From NCBI RefSeq assembly GCF_902652985.1, contig NC_047027.1, forward strand, positions 18,972,001-19,036,000: a stretch of 64,000 nucleotides of DNA. The letters run 5' to 3'. Source of the DNA: Pecten maximus. Lineage: Eukaryota. Within the stretch, counting starts at the first letter, position 1. Every line of letters begins with the position of its first letter. Of the stretch, positions 29,396 to 43,300 are shown one piece after another. Made by a program: the position numbers and the translations under genes. The notes beneath the pieces are model-generated. The model was not told the origin of the DNA and did not search any database. It saw only the letters and a list, made by a program, of their open reading frames with translations.

Positions 29396-32300
29396 ATGGC
29401 GTCTTTTGTGAGCTGTGCACGCCGGTTGTGTCTAAATTTGTCTGTAATTCATAAGCCAGTCGTACTTCCATCTTCATTGTTTGACAGACATATTTCAACA
29501 ACGACCTGTTTAAATCTGAGGGAAAGTAAGTTGGTATTGATTGCAAAAAATTATATTTTATTAATGTTTCTTGATGACCTCTGTGGGATCAGTAAATGCC
29601 ATTTGCAATGTTGTATCTTGTATGTCTTACGATTCCCCCAATTGGCTTCATTACGAGGCATGTTATGTTTTTAATATCTAAATGACCATGTTGTTTGAAC
29701 ATTTTGTTTTCATGTCCACAAGTGTTTCCTTGTACAGTCTAGAGATATCTAACAAATTCGGATTATAAAGCCTACTGATTTAGACATAGCCCGAGTTCCC
29801 TCTGGCCCTGACACCATGTCTGGTGTATGGGGCTAAAGGAAACTCGGGCTATTATATGCATTCATAAACTTCATAAACACATTGATCATATTTCCGCTCA
29901 TGTATATTCGAATTATGAGTTTCTCACTGAAGGTTTTACCTAGTCTTATATTAACACTGGTATTTATAAAATACTAGCCACAATTCACTGCTCGGCTAGG
30001 AAGAATCTCTCTTGAGCTAGATTGGTTAAGACTAGTAATCAAGAGGTAATCCAGATGTCTTGTGCTCTGTTACATCGGTACCCACATAGGGTCTTGGGAA
30101 TTAGATGTAGTGTTACTTGTGAAAGCATCAGTGTAACCCCTGGAAACTCTTGGACAAGATCTTTACACGAAGAAGGGGTATGTAACCGTGGTAAATAGTA
30201 AAATACTAGCTGCAATTTACCGCTTGGCTAGAGAGAAGTTATATTTGGTTTGATCGGTTCAGCCTAAGACTAGAGGTCCCTGGTTCGATCTCTACCGGGA
30301 GTGGTGATTAGAATTTAATTAATCATGCACTCTGTTACATTGATTTACTGATTTATGTTTGTTTTATTTTTTTCAGTAAAAGAAACAGTAGATGGTGACA
30401 CACTAATTGTAAGTAATAAATAATTAAGGAAATCATCTATAATTAGTTGATTAAATAAAAGTTCAATTGGTGCATAAACAACAAAAGTTCTAACACTTAC
30501 TACTTTTACACAGCAGATTTAAAAGGTTTGGATTTTCCCTGTTTACACAGTGTCAGTTTTACAAGAGATTTTATTAGCCCACCATCATCAGATATAGGGC
30601 TACTCAAATCACTCTGCATCCGTGGTCTGTCATCCGTCAGTCCCTCTGTAAACAATTCTTGTTACCGATATTTCTCAGAACGTTCTGAAGGGATCTTTCT
30701 CAAACTTCATATGTAAGTCAGTGGCGTAGATAGACCTGTTTTGATGTGTACGCAGATGTGGTGGTGGGGAGGGGGTATGGGAGTGTTGGGTCTCCCTGAG
30801 GAGAAAATTTGATTTTCATAGGCCTTTCAAGCACTTTAATGTGTTTTAGTGCCAATTTTCTGATAGAATAAAATAAAGAACAATTACTAATTGTAATGGG
30901 AAACATTTATAGAAGTCCCCCAAATGACCCTGCAGTCGAACTGCTGTTTTCGCCATCCCTCAAAACCATTAAACACTAATTTTCAACAAAATTGAATAAT
31001 ATTTAGATTTGGACAAATCCGAGCCTAGTAAATGACAAGCATTCTGTTCGAATGTGAAAGTGAGGTTACGAGAGTGATCGTTGTCCCATGATGTATCTAG
31101 ATACCAAGTTGCAGCAAAATCTGACAATATCATGAAGAAAAAGAAGAATGTATTCGCGTAGTTGCATTGTTAACTTACTATCCATGTGTTTGTCATCAGG
31201 GGCAACTTAATGTTGTCGTTATTAGTTATTCGCAGTTATTCATTCCTCTATCACACTATGTCGGAGTATTCTGGTATTTTCGGATTAGGCGCGGGGGCCA
31301 CGTCCATAAAAGGATCCAAAAAATGATACCTTTACCGCTCTGTCAGAAACACAAAGAAAATCTCTTTGACTAGCTTTAAAAAGCTTTCTATCTTTTGGCT
31401 AGTACCTGCCGCTTTCTTCATTTTCAAATTATGTCTACATGTTAACTTTCTCAATACTCGGTATTCTAAAAATGTTTTTGTTTTTTTGTTTTGAAAATTA
31501 TGTGTACGCACTTGCGTACCCGCGTATAGGAAGCTACGCCCCTGTAAGTTCCCCTTGATACCTAGTAATGCATATTGCATTTTGGAACTGATAAGAAAAA
31601 AACATGGCTGACGGATTTTGACAATTGCAGTTTGTTATTGCTATTTCTCAGACAATTTTGAAGGGACCTTTCTCATATTTCATATGCAAGTTCCCCTTGA
31701 TCCCTGGTTGTGCATAGTGCATTTTGGGACGGCTAAGAAAACAGCATGGCCAAAAAGCAGCCATCTTGGATTTAGACAATTGAAGGTTGTTATCGCTATT
31801 TCCAGTACAAAAGGGATCTTTCTCCAATTTCATATGTATGTTTCCTTTGGTCCCTTGTTATGCATATTGCATTTTGGGACCGATTGGAAAACAACATGGC
31901 CCACAGTCTGAGTGAATTAGACACTTGGAAGGGTAGGACTAAATTCCGAAACGTCATAGGTGTCAAAATAGTTTGCACCTGACCAAATTCCGAAAAGTCA
32001 CAGGAGTTCAATAGTTCGCACGCGTCCGTGCAAGTAATTTTAGCTGTGCAATAGTTCAAAATATAACTTATGTGAATAGTTAAGGAAAATCAAACGCATT
32101 ATGTAATAAATCTCTATATGGCATTCGACAGGTTAATATTCTTCTGTTTCATGGTACTCTTATTGAATTATAGAACAGGAAACAGACAGATATTGTTGTT
32201 TGGCCTCATAATTATTTTTGTGTCTGATGATTATGTTATAGGTTGAAGCGGAACGATTGGAGTCGGATAGAACAGATAATTTGATTTGTATTGATAAACC

Positions 32301-33662
32301 AGAAAATGGCTGTACCCTGTGTGGATTTGATGTCAAGTACACAGTAAGTTTACCATTAACTGTTATCTCTAAGAGGTATATATTGGGTAAGACTTATAAT
32401 TGTGTTTCTTTCACTACTGATCAAATTTCTGAACTCAAGTTTTATTTCAACTTCAAATTATAACTGTTAAAATTAAGAAATCCTACCTTTTTACCGAGAT
32501 TTATTAAAACCAAAATTTGAAAAAAAAATACAAATGTATCCAATAGTTTATCTCCCTTTTTGTATAATTTTGATTTATCTCCACTTTTGAGTTATCTTCC
32601 CTTGTCAGACTGGTAATAATTGTTTATTGTTGAGTATTCTCCCTTTGCAGGATGTGCTAATTATCAGTCAATTTGTAAACAAAAATGGTCAGATCCTGCC
32701 TCGCTGGGTGACTGGTCTTTGTGGTAATCAACAGTCAAAGATGAAACAAAACCTCCACAAGGCTCAACGAGCAGGTGAGTCGCAGAGAAAAGCGTACATA
32801 TTTTAAAAGAAATCTCATTTTAGTGGTTTCTGTGCAGGGCAGGAAAAATGTCCATTGGCCCAGATCCTGTAGAATTGGTCAGCAGGCAGGTACATTTTGA
32901 TGACTGTTTGCCTGATTGGCAAATGCAAATTTTTTTGTAACTTACATACCATATACTATTTCTGAAGTAAATAAGTAATGTGGCAGCGTTTATCCTGGCC
33001 ATTTCTGGAAGTTGCCACCTTGGCCGCAATAGCTCAGTCAGTTAGAGCATTGAACCTCACACCTTGGATCTTCACCTGAGGTTACATGGCCAGCACTCTA
33101 ACTGACTTCACATGTTTAAAGATTTTAATTTTTACAAAGTATTGAGTTTCGTAAATTGCATTCGGACAGTTGGTTGGAAATTTGTGCCAAGTTCCTGTAC
33201 ATATCAGTAGTAGAAAGTTTGCTTCAGTAATCTCAATAAAGCTTGAACATTTTTTTGGTTTCTCAGTTGACGCTTTACGACAGTTGACTCTAAAAATCTT
33301 AAATCCAAATTAAGACCAGAAAATTGTCGAACATGTCAAGATCCTTCTAAAATATCCTATTACCTACATTTGGTTTTTCCAGTTTATGAAAACAGTTAAT
33401 CAAGTAAAAATTTTCTATCCTACTGCTTTGAATTTTTTTTTGGAGGGTGAACCTAAATAGTTTTGGTGGGGCCGCTTTCTTTTACAACAATGAAAACCCA
33501 TGTTATAAATTAAGATGTCTTTATTTTCTCTTTGTAGGTTTAATGCCTAATTTGAGACCACCTCGTAATGATGGCAAAGAAAGGATTAGTAATATGTCGA
33601 CCTACAAGTGGAAACAGTATAAAGTTTACTATGAAGATAAAGACAGAGTTCACATAGAATGA
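29396..33662 (+). CDS. MRPS18A: Mitochondrial ribosomal protein S18A (mL66), 170 aa; exons 29396-29525, 30377-30408, 32242-32343, 32651-32774, 33538-33662
   Basis: All junctions are GT-AG and phase-consistent (513 nt). Mitochondrial presequence, then LREIKETVDGDTLIVE...CTLC...KYTDVLIISQFV...GQILPRWVTGLC...KAQRAGLMPNLRP, matching the S18/mL66 motifs. Confidence 0.93.
29787..29851. mobile_element. 65-bp TAG...CTA hairpin mini-MITE
   Basis: TAGCCCGAGTT...AACTCGGGCTA inverted termini; a similar mini-hairpin TAGCTCTG...CAGAGCTA lies at ~47453-47505. Confidence 0.55.
29951..30339 (+). mobile_element. TRIM-like miniature LTR element (degenerate)
   Basis: Two direct repeats (~29951-30074 and 30181-30339) share AAAATACTAGC..CAATT.AC.GCT.GGCTAG and end in CTCTGTTACA. 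PBS-like TCGGTACCC follows the first; a polypurine tract GAAGAAGGGGTA precedes TGTAAC of the second. Confidence 0.6.
30572..31907 (+). mobile_element. HINE (same family as 58609-60445), truncated and interrupted
   Basis: Starts TTAGCCCACCATCATCAGAT, has a GTCC-like microsatellite and degenerate ~150-bp monomers; split by the insertion at 30719-31544. Confidence 0.8.
30719..31544. mobile_element. hAT-like non-autonomous element nested in the HINE
   Basis: TIRs CAGTGGCGTAG / CTACGCCCCTG; TAAGT duplicated on both sides; the host monomer resumes after it. Confidence 0.7.
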
Positions 33663-34216
33663 TTCATTGGAGTGGAAAGTGTGAAAAAAATATATACATG
33701 TATAGGTAATGACAAATATTGAAACAGGCTTCCATGAAAGATATTGAAAAAAAATATTCATGAAAAATGTTTTTTCGTTAATTTACTTTCAGATAATTTT
33801 ATGGTAAACAAAATTTTGCAGAAAGTTTAGGTTGAAAAGCAAACAGATTTAAACATCCTGGCCTGAATGGTAATTGGGAATGTCTAAGAATTACTTTATA
33901 AAATGTATTTTCCAAAATACATTGAGAGCACAGAACAGGATTTTCTAGATTTTGAGTAACAGCTACACATACAAGTACAACACTATTGAAAACAAGCTAT
34001 TATTTCCAAAAAATACTGCAGTTGTAAGTGAAATATGAACTGAACTGGAAATATCCATGTGATGACAAAATAAGCCCAGTCAGTCTTAGGTTTAAAACAG
34101 GAAAACTGGAGATTTCCATTTTAGAAAATCTTTCAAAACAGGAGATATTGTTTGTTTAAGTTGTTTTTCATGCTTAAATAACCTATCTTCTCAACTATAA
34201 TAACTGACATCAACTC

Positions 34217-35250
34217 CACAGGGGCTTGGCACGATTTTCCAAATGATAGTCCATATATATATGTATATAGTATCAAGGGTAGTAACTACAAAGAGGGGGA
34301 AGACGAACGTATTTTAAAAAAAAATAATTTGTCGTATTCTGCGGGTCAAAAATCTTAGTGACACATACATTACATTAAAGAGAAATGTTTTATCTTTCCA
34401 ATGAGTGTTCGATGAACAAAATTGGCCAAGTATTATCCAAGTTATGACCTGACGAATTCGGAAATAGATACTGAAATGGCTAGGTCGGAATCTCCCTGTC
34501 CGGTTGAATAGTCGCCTCGCCTCTAATGGGTACCTCAATAACCATTCAGAAATCGAAAAATCGACGCTTGCAGCGGTATACAGTAACCATAACTATGTCA
34601 ATATAGGATGTCGGTTGGTTATGTTATCAGTCATGTGCCGTAGCCAATTCCATATTACATCACCGAGCTTACCGTCAGCAAAAAGAACCACCATCTTTCC
34701 CTTCATTCGGAACGCTTCTTGGCTGTACGACCACTGTAACGACATAAACAAAGTCACGAAAGGTTAGGGAAAGATGGCGGTTCTTTTTGCTGACGGTAAG
34801 CTCGGTGATGTAATATGGAATTGGCTACGGCACATGACGGATAACATAACCAACCGACATCCTGTATTGACATAGTTATGGTTACTGTATACCGCTGCAA
34901 GCGTCGATTTTTCGATTTCTGAATGGTTATTGAGGTACCCATTAGAGGCGAGGCGACTATTCAACCGGACAGGGAGATTCCGACCTAGCCATTTCAGTAT
35001 CTATTTCCAAATTCGTCAGGTCATAACTTGGATAATACTTGGCCAATTTTGTTCATCGAACACTCATTGGAAAGATAAAACATTTCTCTTTAATGTAATG
35101 TATGTGTCACTAAGATTTTTGACCCGCAGAATACGACAAATTATTTTTTTTTAAATACGTTCGTCTTCCCCCTCTTTGTAGTTACTACCCTTGATACTAC
35201 ATACATATATATATGGACTATCATTTGGAAAATCGTGCCAAGCCCCTGTG
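34217..35250. mobile_element. 1034-bp foldback DNA transposon (probably P/Galileo-like), non-autonomous
   Basis: Inverted arms 34217-34702 and 34766-35250 with few mismatches, a 63-bp spacer, CACAGGGG...CCCCTGTG termini and an exact 8-bp TSD ATCAACTC (34209-34216, 35251-35258). Confidence 0.92.
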
Positions 35251-35628
35251 ATCAACTCTATATGTAATACTTTTCATTTTCAAAGTTTTACCCGGGTAGT
35301 CAGGATATGGTTAAAATCATTGTTATGGTTGACTTAATACCTTCGACTAACCGAGTCATTATATTAATTATTAACAAAATGTGGATATGAAAGAATTCAG
35401 ATCTTACACAACGTTGTGTGAGTTTGCATATGTATATAGATTGTGTACATGTATGAATGTAGATTTGATATGAGTGAAAAGTAAAAAGAAATTACTTTTG
35501 ATTACTGTGTTTCTTATCATTTGAGAATTATCATTCTTAGAGTCACTTTGTTAGCTTGCGAGGATGAAGCCCAGGGGAGCTATTGCTATATCCCCGGCAT
35601 TGTCGTACGTAGACAGCAAGGTTAAAGT

Positions 35629-36525
35629 TTTTAGGTCACCTGAGACGAAGTCCGTCGTGCGTCCGTAAACAATTTACATTTTCGACTTCTTCAAAACAGT
35701 TTAACCAAATTCAATGAAATTTGGCAGAAAGTTTCTATGGCTGAAGGTCAACCAAAATTGTGAATTATATGGTCCCCATCCTTAGGGGCCTGAGGGGTGG
35801 GGCCAAAAAGGGTCAAATTGACTAAAACTTCAAAAATCTTCTCTTCTCTCAGATATGGTGGAGTCAAACACTCTTCATAGATGGAAGGGTCTTATGGTGC
35901 TTTACCAAAATTATGAATTGCATGACCCTGGGGTCTCACGTTTGCCTATGGGGAGGGGGTAAACTTTACTATAGTTTATATAGGGAAATCACATTTTTGA
36001 CTATTATTTGTTGGATTTGTATTGGAACTCATTCTAACCTGGTTAACATTATCAGCACGGGATAACAGTTTGATAGTATGCACATGTTGGCCCTGACTAA
36101 CACTCAGGGGCTGATGGGCGGGGCTAAAAAGGGTCAAATTGACTGAAATTTCAAAAATCTTCTTCTCAATACCCATATAAAATAGAATCAAATACTTTTT
36201 ATAGATGGAAGGGTCTTATGATGCTTTACTTAAATTGTGAATTTCCTGACCCTGGGGTCTCATGTTTGCCCCTTTGGAGAGGGTAAACTTTGCTATAGTT
36301 TATATAGGGAAATCACATTTTTGACAATCATTTGTTTGATTTCTATTGGAATTCATTCTAACTTTCTTAAAATTATCAGCATGGGATGACAGCTTAATGA
36401 TATGCACATGTTGGCCCTGACTGATCCCTTGTATTGGATTGATGGGTGGGGCCAAAAAGGGTCAATTAGATTAAATGAAATGATTCAAATCTCAGGTGAC
36501 CATTAAGGCCCATTGGCCTCTTGTT
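35629..36525 (+). mobile_element. HINE nested in an older HINE-like repeat (~35550-37065)
   Basis: TTTTAGGTCACCTG...CAGGTGACC subTIRs, 3' palindrome AGGCCCATTGGCCT then CTTGTT, and ~310-bp internal duplicated blocks. The flanks carry TGACCTTGACCTTT repeats. Confidence 0.75.
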
Positions 36526-37360
36526 ATAAAATAGTGTTGTGTACTAATGAGGATACAGCTTAGGTATTTGACATGTGTGTTCCTTGTGACAAGACCTTTT
36601 CATTCGTACTTGCATACCTGTTGACCTTTACCTTTACCTTGACCTACTTTTAAACAAAACAGAGCAGGAACTTTCGATAAATGAGCACTTCAAGAAGTTC
36701 GAGCTTAATTGGCCCAAAGAAACTTGTGTTACCACAAGGAAATCAATTTTCTATTTTTAGTAACAGTGACTTTGACCTTTGGACCTGAAAAGCAATTCCG
36801 AGCGAGCACTTTTTGTAAGGAAGATCTGCATGAAGTGTGAGTTCTATTTTTAGTAACAGTGACCTTGACCTTTGCCCTTCGGACCTGAAAAGTGATCCCA
36901 AGCAAGCACTTTAGGTAAGGAAGATCTGCAAGTTTGAATTTGATTGGCCCAAGGGAAATTAAGTTATCACACAGAGACATGGATGGGCTTATTACAGGAC
37001 AATGGCATAACATCTTTTACGATTTTGTACTGAACCACAGCAGACATGGATGGGCTTAGCTTATTACCAGGCTTTGGTTTAATGGATACAGAAAGATTAA
37101 TTAACAGCCATTTAATTGGTTAACATTTTGTGGAATCAAAACTACATTTAATTATGAGAGAAGTTATCACACAAGATTAAAACTATTAATTTGTTCATTT
37201 TTTTGCGACGTAGTGAGCTAAGAGTTAACACAGAGAATCATGTTTATCACACTACATATATTTTATTGAAGTTTAATCACAAACGTGTCACAATCGCCAG
37301 CAAGATCCGGAATACTATACTCATCACAAATGTTCCTTATTATAGCACCCCGACTATCCA

Positions 37361-40300
37361 TCAGTCATATTTAATAGAAATGTCACTGTATTCTCCATCA
37401 ATAGGCTCGAATCCCGGGATGGCTGGCGTGTTTGTCAGCCTCTTCACTTTGAAATTGTACATATTTTCATCTATCTGTAAGAAAAAAAAAAGAAAAAAGT
37501 GGATAACTGAAAAAAAGCTGGTCATTCTTATAAAATCATGAAATTTCATGACTTATGAACTATTTCACCATAAAACTATACACTCTAAACCTAAAATTGA
37601 CAATGGCTGTTAAAAGGACGTTAAACAAAATAAACAAAACCAAATACCTCAATATATAACAGAATTTTTTTCAGGTAAGGACAACTTCCAGAAAGACCTA
37701 CCATCTGATGAAAGCTAAAATAAAAATAAGAATAATTCACAGCTTACTGCTATTGCCTGTTGATATAAATCTTCAGACTCCAGACGTAATTCGGCCAGGG
37801 CTTTCTGTTGTGATTGTAACCGGTTTTGTATCATATGTGTTTCTTGTGTTAAAAACTTCCCACAGTAAACCTTCCATTCACTCCAGAAATTTTTCATATC
37901 CTTTTGTAGCTCCTCAGGTGGGACGGACTGTTCTCGCTTTCTTAATCTGTGGAACAAAATGAAAATAATGAAATGTTATATTTTCAAATTTTCTTAAGGA
38001 TTTTCAAAAACTAAAGTACCGGTACTTGGTCACGGACAAGCTTCAATATATCAGGTCTGTTATATTATGTAATGGAATCGCTTGCGTTTTTCGCATGGTT
38101 TCAAATTTTTATGAAAGTTTGAAGCAAAAGTGATGTACATTGTATTTGGAAGGAAATTGCATAATGATAATATTTACTTTAATACTTTCATTCTGTAGTG
38201 TCACAATTTCATTCCAAAAACCTTTATATTAGTATAGCAAAGAAGCATATTGTTCATAATGTGTTTAATAGATAGCATATCCTTAACTCTAACACAAATC
38301 ACATATCTATAAGGTAGCATATAACCTTAACTCTAACACAAATCACAGTTATCTACTGTATAAGGTAGCATATTACCTTAACTCTATAAGGTAGCATACA
38401 GCCTTAACCCTAACACAAATAACAGTTATCTGTAAGGTAGCATATTACCTTAATTCTAACACAAATCACAGTTAACTATAAGGTAGCATACAGCCTTAAC
38501 TCTATAAGGTAGCATACAGCCTTAACTCTATAAGGTAGCATACAGCCTTAACTCTAACAGAAATCACAGTTATCTGTAAGGTAGCATATTACCTTAATTC
38601 TAACACAAATCACAGTTATCTCTAAGGTAGCATACAGCCTTAACCCTAACACAAATAACAGTTATCTGTAAGGTAGCATATTACCTTAATTCTAACACAA
38701 ATCACATTTATCTATAAGGTAGCATACAGCCTTAACTTTAACACAAATCACAGTTATCTATAAGGTAGCATACAGTATTAACTCTAACACAAATCACAGT
38801 TATCTATAAGGTAGCATATTACCTTAACTCTAACACAAATCACAGTTATCTATAAGGTAGCATATTACCTTAACTCTATAAGGTAGCATACAGCCTTAAC
38901 TCTAACACAAATCACAGTTATCTATAAGGTAGCATACTACCTTCACTCTAACACAAATCACAGTTAACTATAAGGTAGCATATTACCTTAATTCTAACAC
39001 AAATCAAAGTTATCTATAAGGTAGCATATTACCTTAATTCTAACACAAATCACAGTTATCTATAAGGTAGCATATTACCTTAATTCTAACACAAATCACA
39101 GTTATCTATAAGGTAGCATACAGCCTTAACCCTAACACAAATCACAGTTATAATGTGTGAGATAACATACATCTTAAACACAAATCACATGTATAATGTG
39201 TAAAACAGTTATAGCCTTATTTGACATAAACTCTGTTTGAATTCTGAGGATTCTGAGCTTATTTATGGCTGTAATGATCACCCTCCTCCCCAAGGTATGT
39301 GAAGCCACCTTATTATTAGTTTACAATTGATTTTTCTTCATTCCTTTATCAGCTTAATTATTTCTCCAATCATGATAAAACAAAAATTTAGGGTGGGAGC
39401 TTCACTTTACCATGGCCATAACTAACCTTTTTACACCAAATCTTTTTTAGATTATCTCAATTCATTCCTTTAAACAATTAATACGGCAAAAAATATGCCT
39501 TGGGGTCAGGAAATTTAGGATGGGGCAGGGCAATTTACTTTCACCAAAAAAGGTTAATTAGTAAGAAAATAACGACATGCTTCTCATGACATGCCCCTGC
39601 CCTACAATGAATGTTCTAACCCCTGTTATGTTTCCTTTTTTTGTTTATCATTTGTGGAGGAATAGAAGCAAATTTATTTAAAATTAGGTGAAGAAATATC
39701 AATTGAAAACAAAATAAAAGTAAACAAAAGATGATTGGAAAAGGTCACTTGAGACTTCACCTCAGAAAACATCAGTTTAGAGTCAGGCTGTAACAGCTCA
39801 TGTACTGAAAATCATTCGATATTTTAAAACTCAGTCGACCTCATTCTAGGGGGAACTCTTCATGTTGTACTTACTTGACTGCTTCTTTTTCCAGCGTTGT
39901 CATAATCATGAGTTCTTTAATGGGAGCTTTGATTGGTACTGCTTTTTTGTCCATTTTCGTGAGCAATTTTTCTACGACTTTTTTCCTTTTCACCCTCCTT
40001 TTATTCACAACATGCTGTGCTTGTTTCTTTCTGTGAACAAAATTTAACATTAATTAATTTTTGGAAGTTCTTGGGTCCAGGGATAACTTTGGTGTGGAAT
40101 TTGGGGATTTTTACTTTTGCTTAAAATCTCATAATGTGCTGTAACAGTATTATTATATAGGAAACCTCAGGTTTAAGGTGATGCCTTATAGGGCATCCAG
40201 TAGACCCTTGAGAGTATGTTTTTGACTCCCTGAAATCAGAATTGACTCTAGGATTTGAAGGAACATCAACTTCTCTATAGCTATTTGACATAATGTTTTT

Positions 40301-43300
40301 TTACCCTTTACATTTCTGAGAAATGATGATTTGACTTCTGAAATTGCTAAATCTCAAGGGTCAACTGGATACCCTGGCCTTATACAGATTCATGTTATAA
40401 GTCATATTTTCAAAATGAGAACTAAAATGATGATGATATAACCACAAGGCATATCTACAAGCATTAAACATGTCAGACTTCATATCGCTCAAGGAAATAG
40501 AATATCTCCAAATGAGATGAAGATGTTGTCCCTTGGTTTTTTTATCAACCTGCATCTCTTGAAACCTTGTGTTGTTTTGTCATTAAAGTCTCTCGATCTT
40601 TTCGTTAAGGGTTAACTGTAATATTTTTTTTACGTTATTGAGCAATAACACAAAAAACTGGGGTGTACTCTGAATAAACCGCTTCGCGGTTTATGAAAAG
40701 ATTACATCCCAGTTTTTTGTGTTATTGCTCAATAACGTAAAAAAATATTACAGTTAACCCTTATAATTTAATTAACAATGATAAGAAACATTTTCATTAA
40801 GTTGAACATGTTTATTTTGCTCCAGATATTTAAAAACACATCGATAAATACAAAATCCTGTGAACAACAATTACTCCGCTGACGTCAGTCATTATTTATG
40901 TTATGAGATCATAACATAATTTTTTGAGCCAATGAAAATGCTTGTTACAAGCAAAATTAAATTATTTAATAATAATGACAAAATTACGAAAAGCCCCAAT
41001 GAATTGAACTATATTCTGGAACATTACCAGGTACATCAATTTTCAGTGACTACTAGGTCACCTTTATCAGGAAGTGTACACTGATATGAACAAGATCGTA
41101 ATCAGATCAACTGGTCATGCCTTGTTCACTGATTGACAGAGGACAATCTTCATGCTGTCCAAGAAAAGAAAGAATTCAAATGATTTACAATTTCAAAAGT
41201 TAAAGATTTACATCTGTTTTCAAATACTGCGATGATCCTCTGTTCTCATTGGAGCTAGGCGGCTTTCTAGCTGTACAAAATTGAGCCCCCCCCCCCCCCC
41301 CCCCACCAATAATGCTTCATATAAAAGTTTGAATTTCATTAAATCCCTCTGTAAAGAAAAAGAGTTTTCAGAGCATCCAGTAGACCCTTGAGAGTATATT
41401 TTTGACTTCCCAAAATGAGATTCAACTCATGGTTGTTTTATGGATATGATGTTGACTTTTGTTTGGCCCTTTAGATTTCTGAGAAATAGCGATTTGACTT
41501 CTGAAATAATATTGTTAAAAATAAGGGTGAACTGAATGACTCATGTCTTACTGTAGATGGTCTGTTGTCAGGAAGAGAAGTGGATGTGTCTGTGTTCGCA
41601 GGCATCTGTTGAACTGAAGTGTGCTGAAGGACGTCTTAGCTGTTAATCCAAGTCTACAATAAATGAATTCTTGGTTAAATGTTCTTAAAATTCTACAGAT
41701 ATCCTAAAAGGTTTTTTTTTTCCCACTTTGCTTCTGTGAAACATATAGTATTTGATGATTATTAAAATATTTGATTAAACAAAGACATAAGTAAGTTTAT
41801 AAATGCAAGCCACACCGGGTACCTCTGTCTTAGATTTATTTTTCTTTGAATGAAGGGAAACAAGAGGTCCAGAAGGCCTGTATCGCTCATCTGGTCATTT
41901 CAATAATCATAGCAAAATACTCTCATTAAAATTACATGTATGTCTTATCAATATTTTCCTACCTTTTGAGCTACCTCTCTCTACAATTATTCAAACCAAA
42001 TCATGTCTATCTAACAGAAGAAGAAGGATATTAAAGCATTAGTTATATCCCCCCTCTAGGGACCCGTCGGTCTGGCCCAAGGGTAGCCACACTTTTTATT
42101 ATAAAACATTTGATCTCCTTTGCAGGTATTCTGTCTCATGTCTGTTGTAAGGGTCGGTAACTTTGTTGAAGGAAGGATAAATGGAGCACAACTCTGGCAG
42201 CAAGATACCTCATATAGAGTATGGTTATTATTAGAGCCCCAACCCTGGGAAAATTGACTTATGCCATTGCAGTGATTTTCTTACCCTAATTATACAGGGG
42301 CCTGTACCGGACCTTTTCAATTGGGAAAATATAGCCAATTTTTTTAATTTAAGGAAAAATGTACTTTCTTCCAAGCTCAAAAATAATCATCAAATCAGTG
42401 GTTTAATATCATTTTGAATATGCATTATATAGCTATGATCAATCAATAGCAATGGCTTGTGAAAACATTATGTGAAAAGTATTATGATCAACATTTCTTC
42501 ATATTTATTAACATACAAGGAAACTTACAATTTCTGATTGGGAAAATATGAACTAAGAATTGGGAAAATACAGCAAAATTTCTTTAGGGGAAGGGGCTTG
42601 TAAATCAGGTATTCAGCCCCAAATCCATGCCAAAAATCACTGATTACATAATCCTTAAAGTTTTTTTTTAATAATGAACAGTGAACAGTACTGTTATTAT
42701 CTGTGTCAATATATATAGTCAGTTTGATTTTTTTCAGTATTTTTTAAAATGAAACACTCCTTCATAACCTCAACTGTATGTCTCTATTGGACTCCTCTTA
42801 ATGCCTGCCACCAGGTACCTCAAATGGTTAGAGTGTCCATTTAGATTTAGAGGTGTTGCGAGTTCCAGTCCCAGGCTGCAGCTGGTCATGATCATTGCAT
42901 TTTCCTTCTGTTACATTTTGCACTCGACTAAAAATTTCTATTGAACTTGTTCAATGATTTTATATATATATATATATGCCACTTCTCTAAAGATTCATGT
43001 CATATCGAATACTCGTTTAATAAATTCCGTATTACCATTGATTTAAGATCCTCTCAATACTACTGTATATCTCTCATGACTACTCTACTGTAACATCTAC
43101 AGTATATAACATTATATAAACAACTTTATTTTAAGTTTTCAGCTGGTTGTATATATCGGGATTATATCCATCGATTTCCTAGCATAAATATCGACGAGAT
43201 TGCGTACTGAAATATATTGTTAGCGGAAAAAAAATTCTTGTCAAAGTACCGGAAAGTATTTGGTTCCAAAAACGTCGAAGTTACCCACCAGGCAATGGAC

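Noticed and set aside
34314-35154. Paired near-identical ORFs on opposite strands
   Set aside because: Mirror products of the foldback arms; no transposase motifs.
41212-41270. Candidate extra MRPL40 exon
   Set aside because: Either acceptor gives a stop or breaks phase with the flanking exons.
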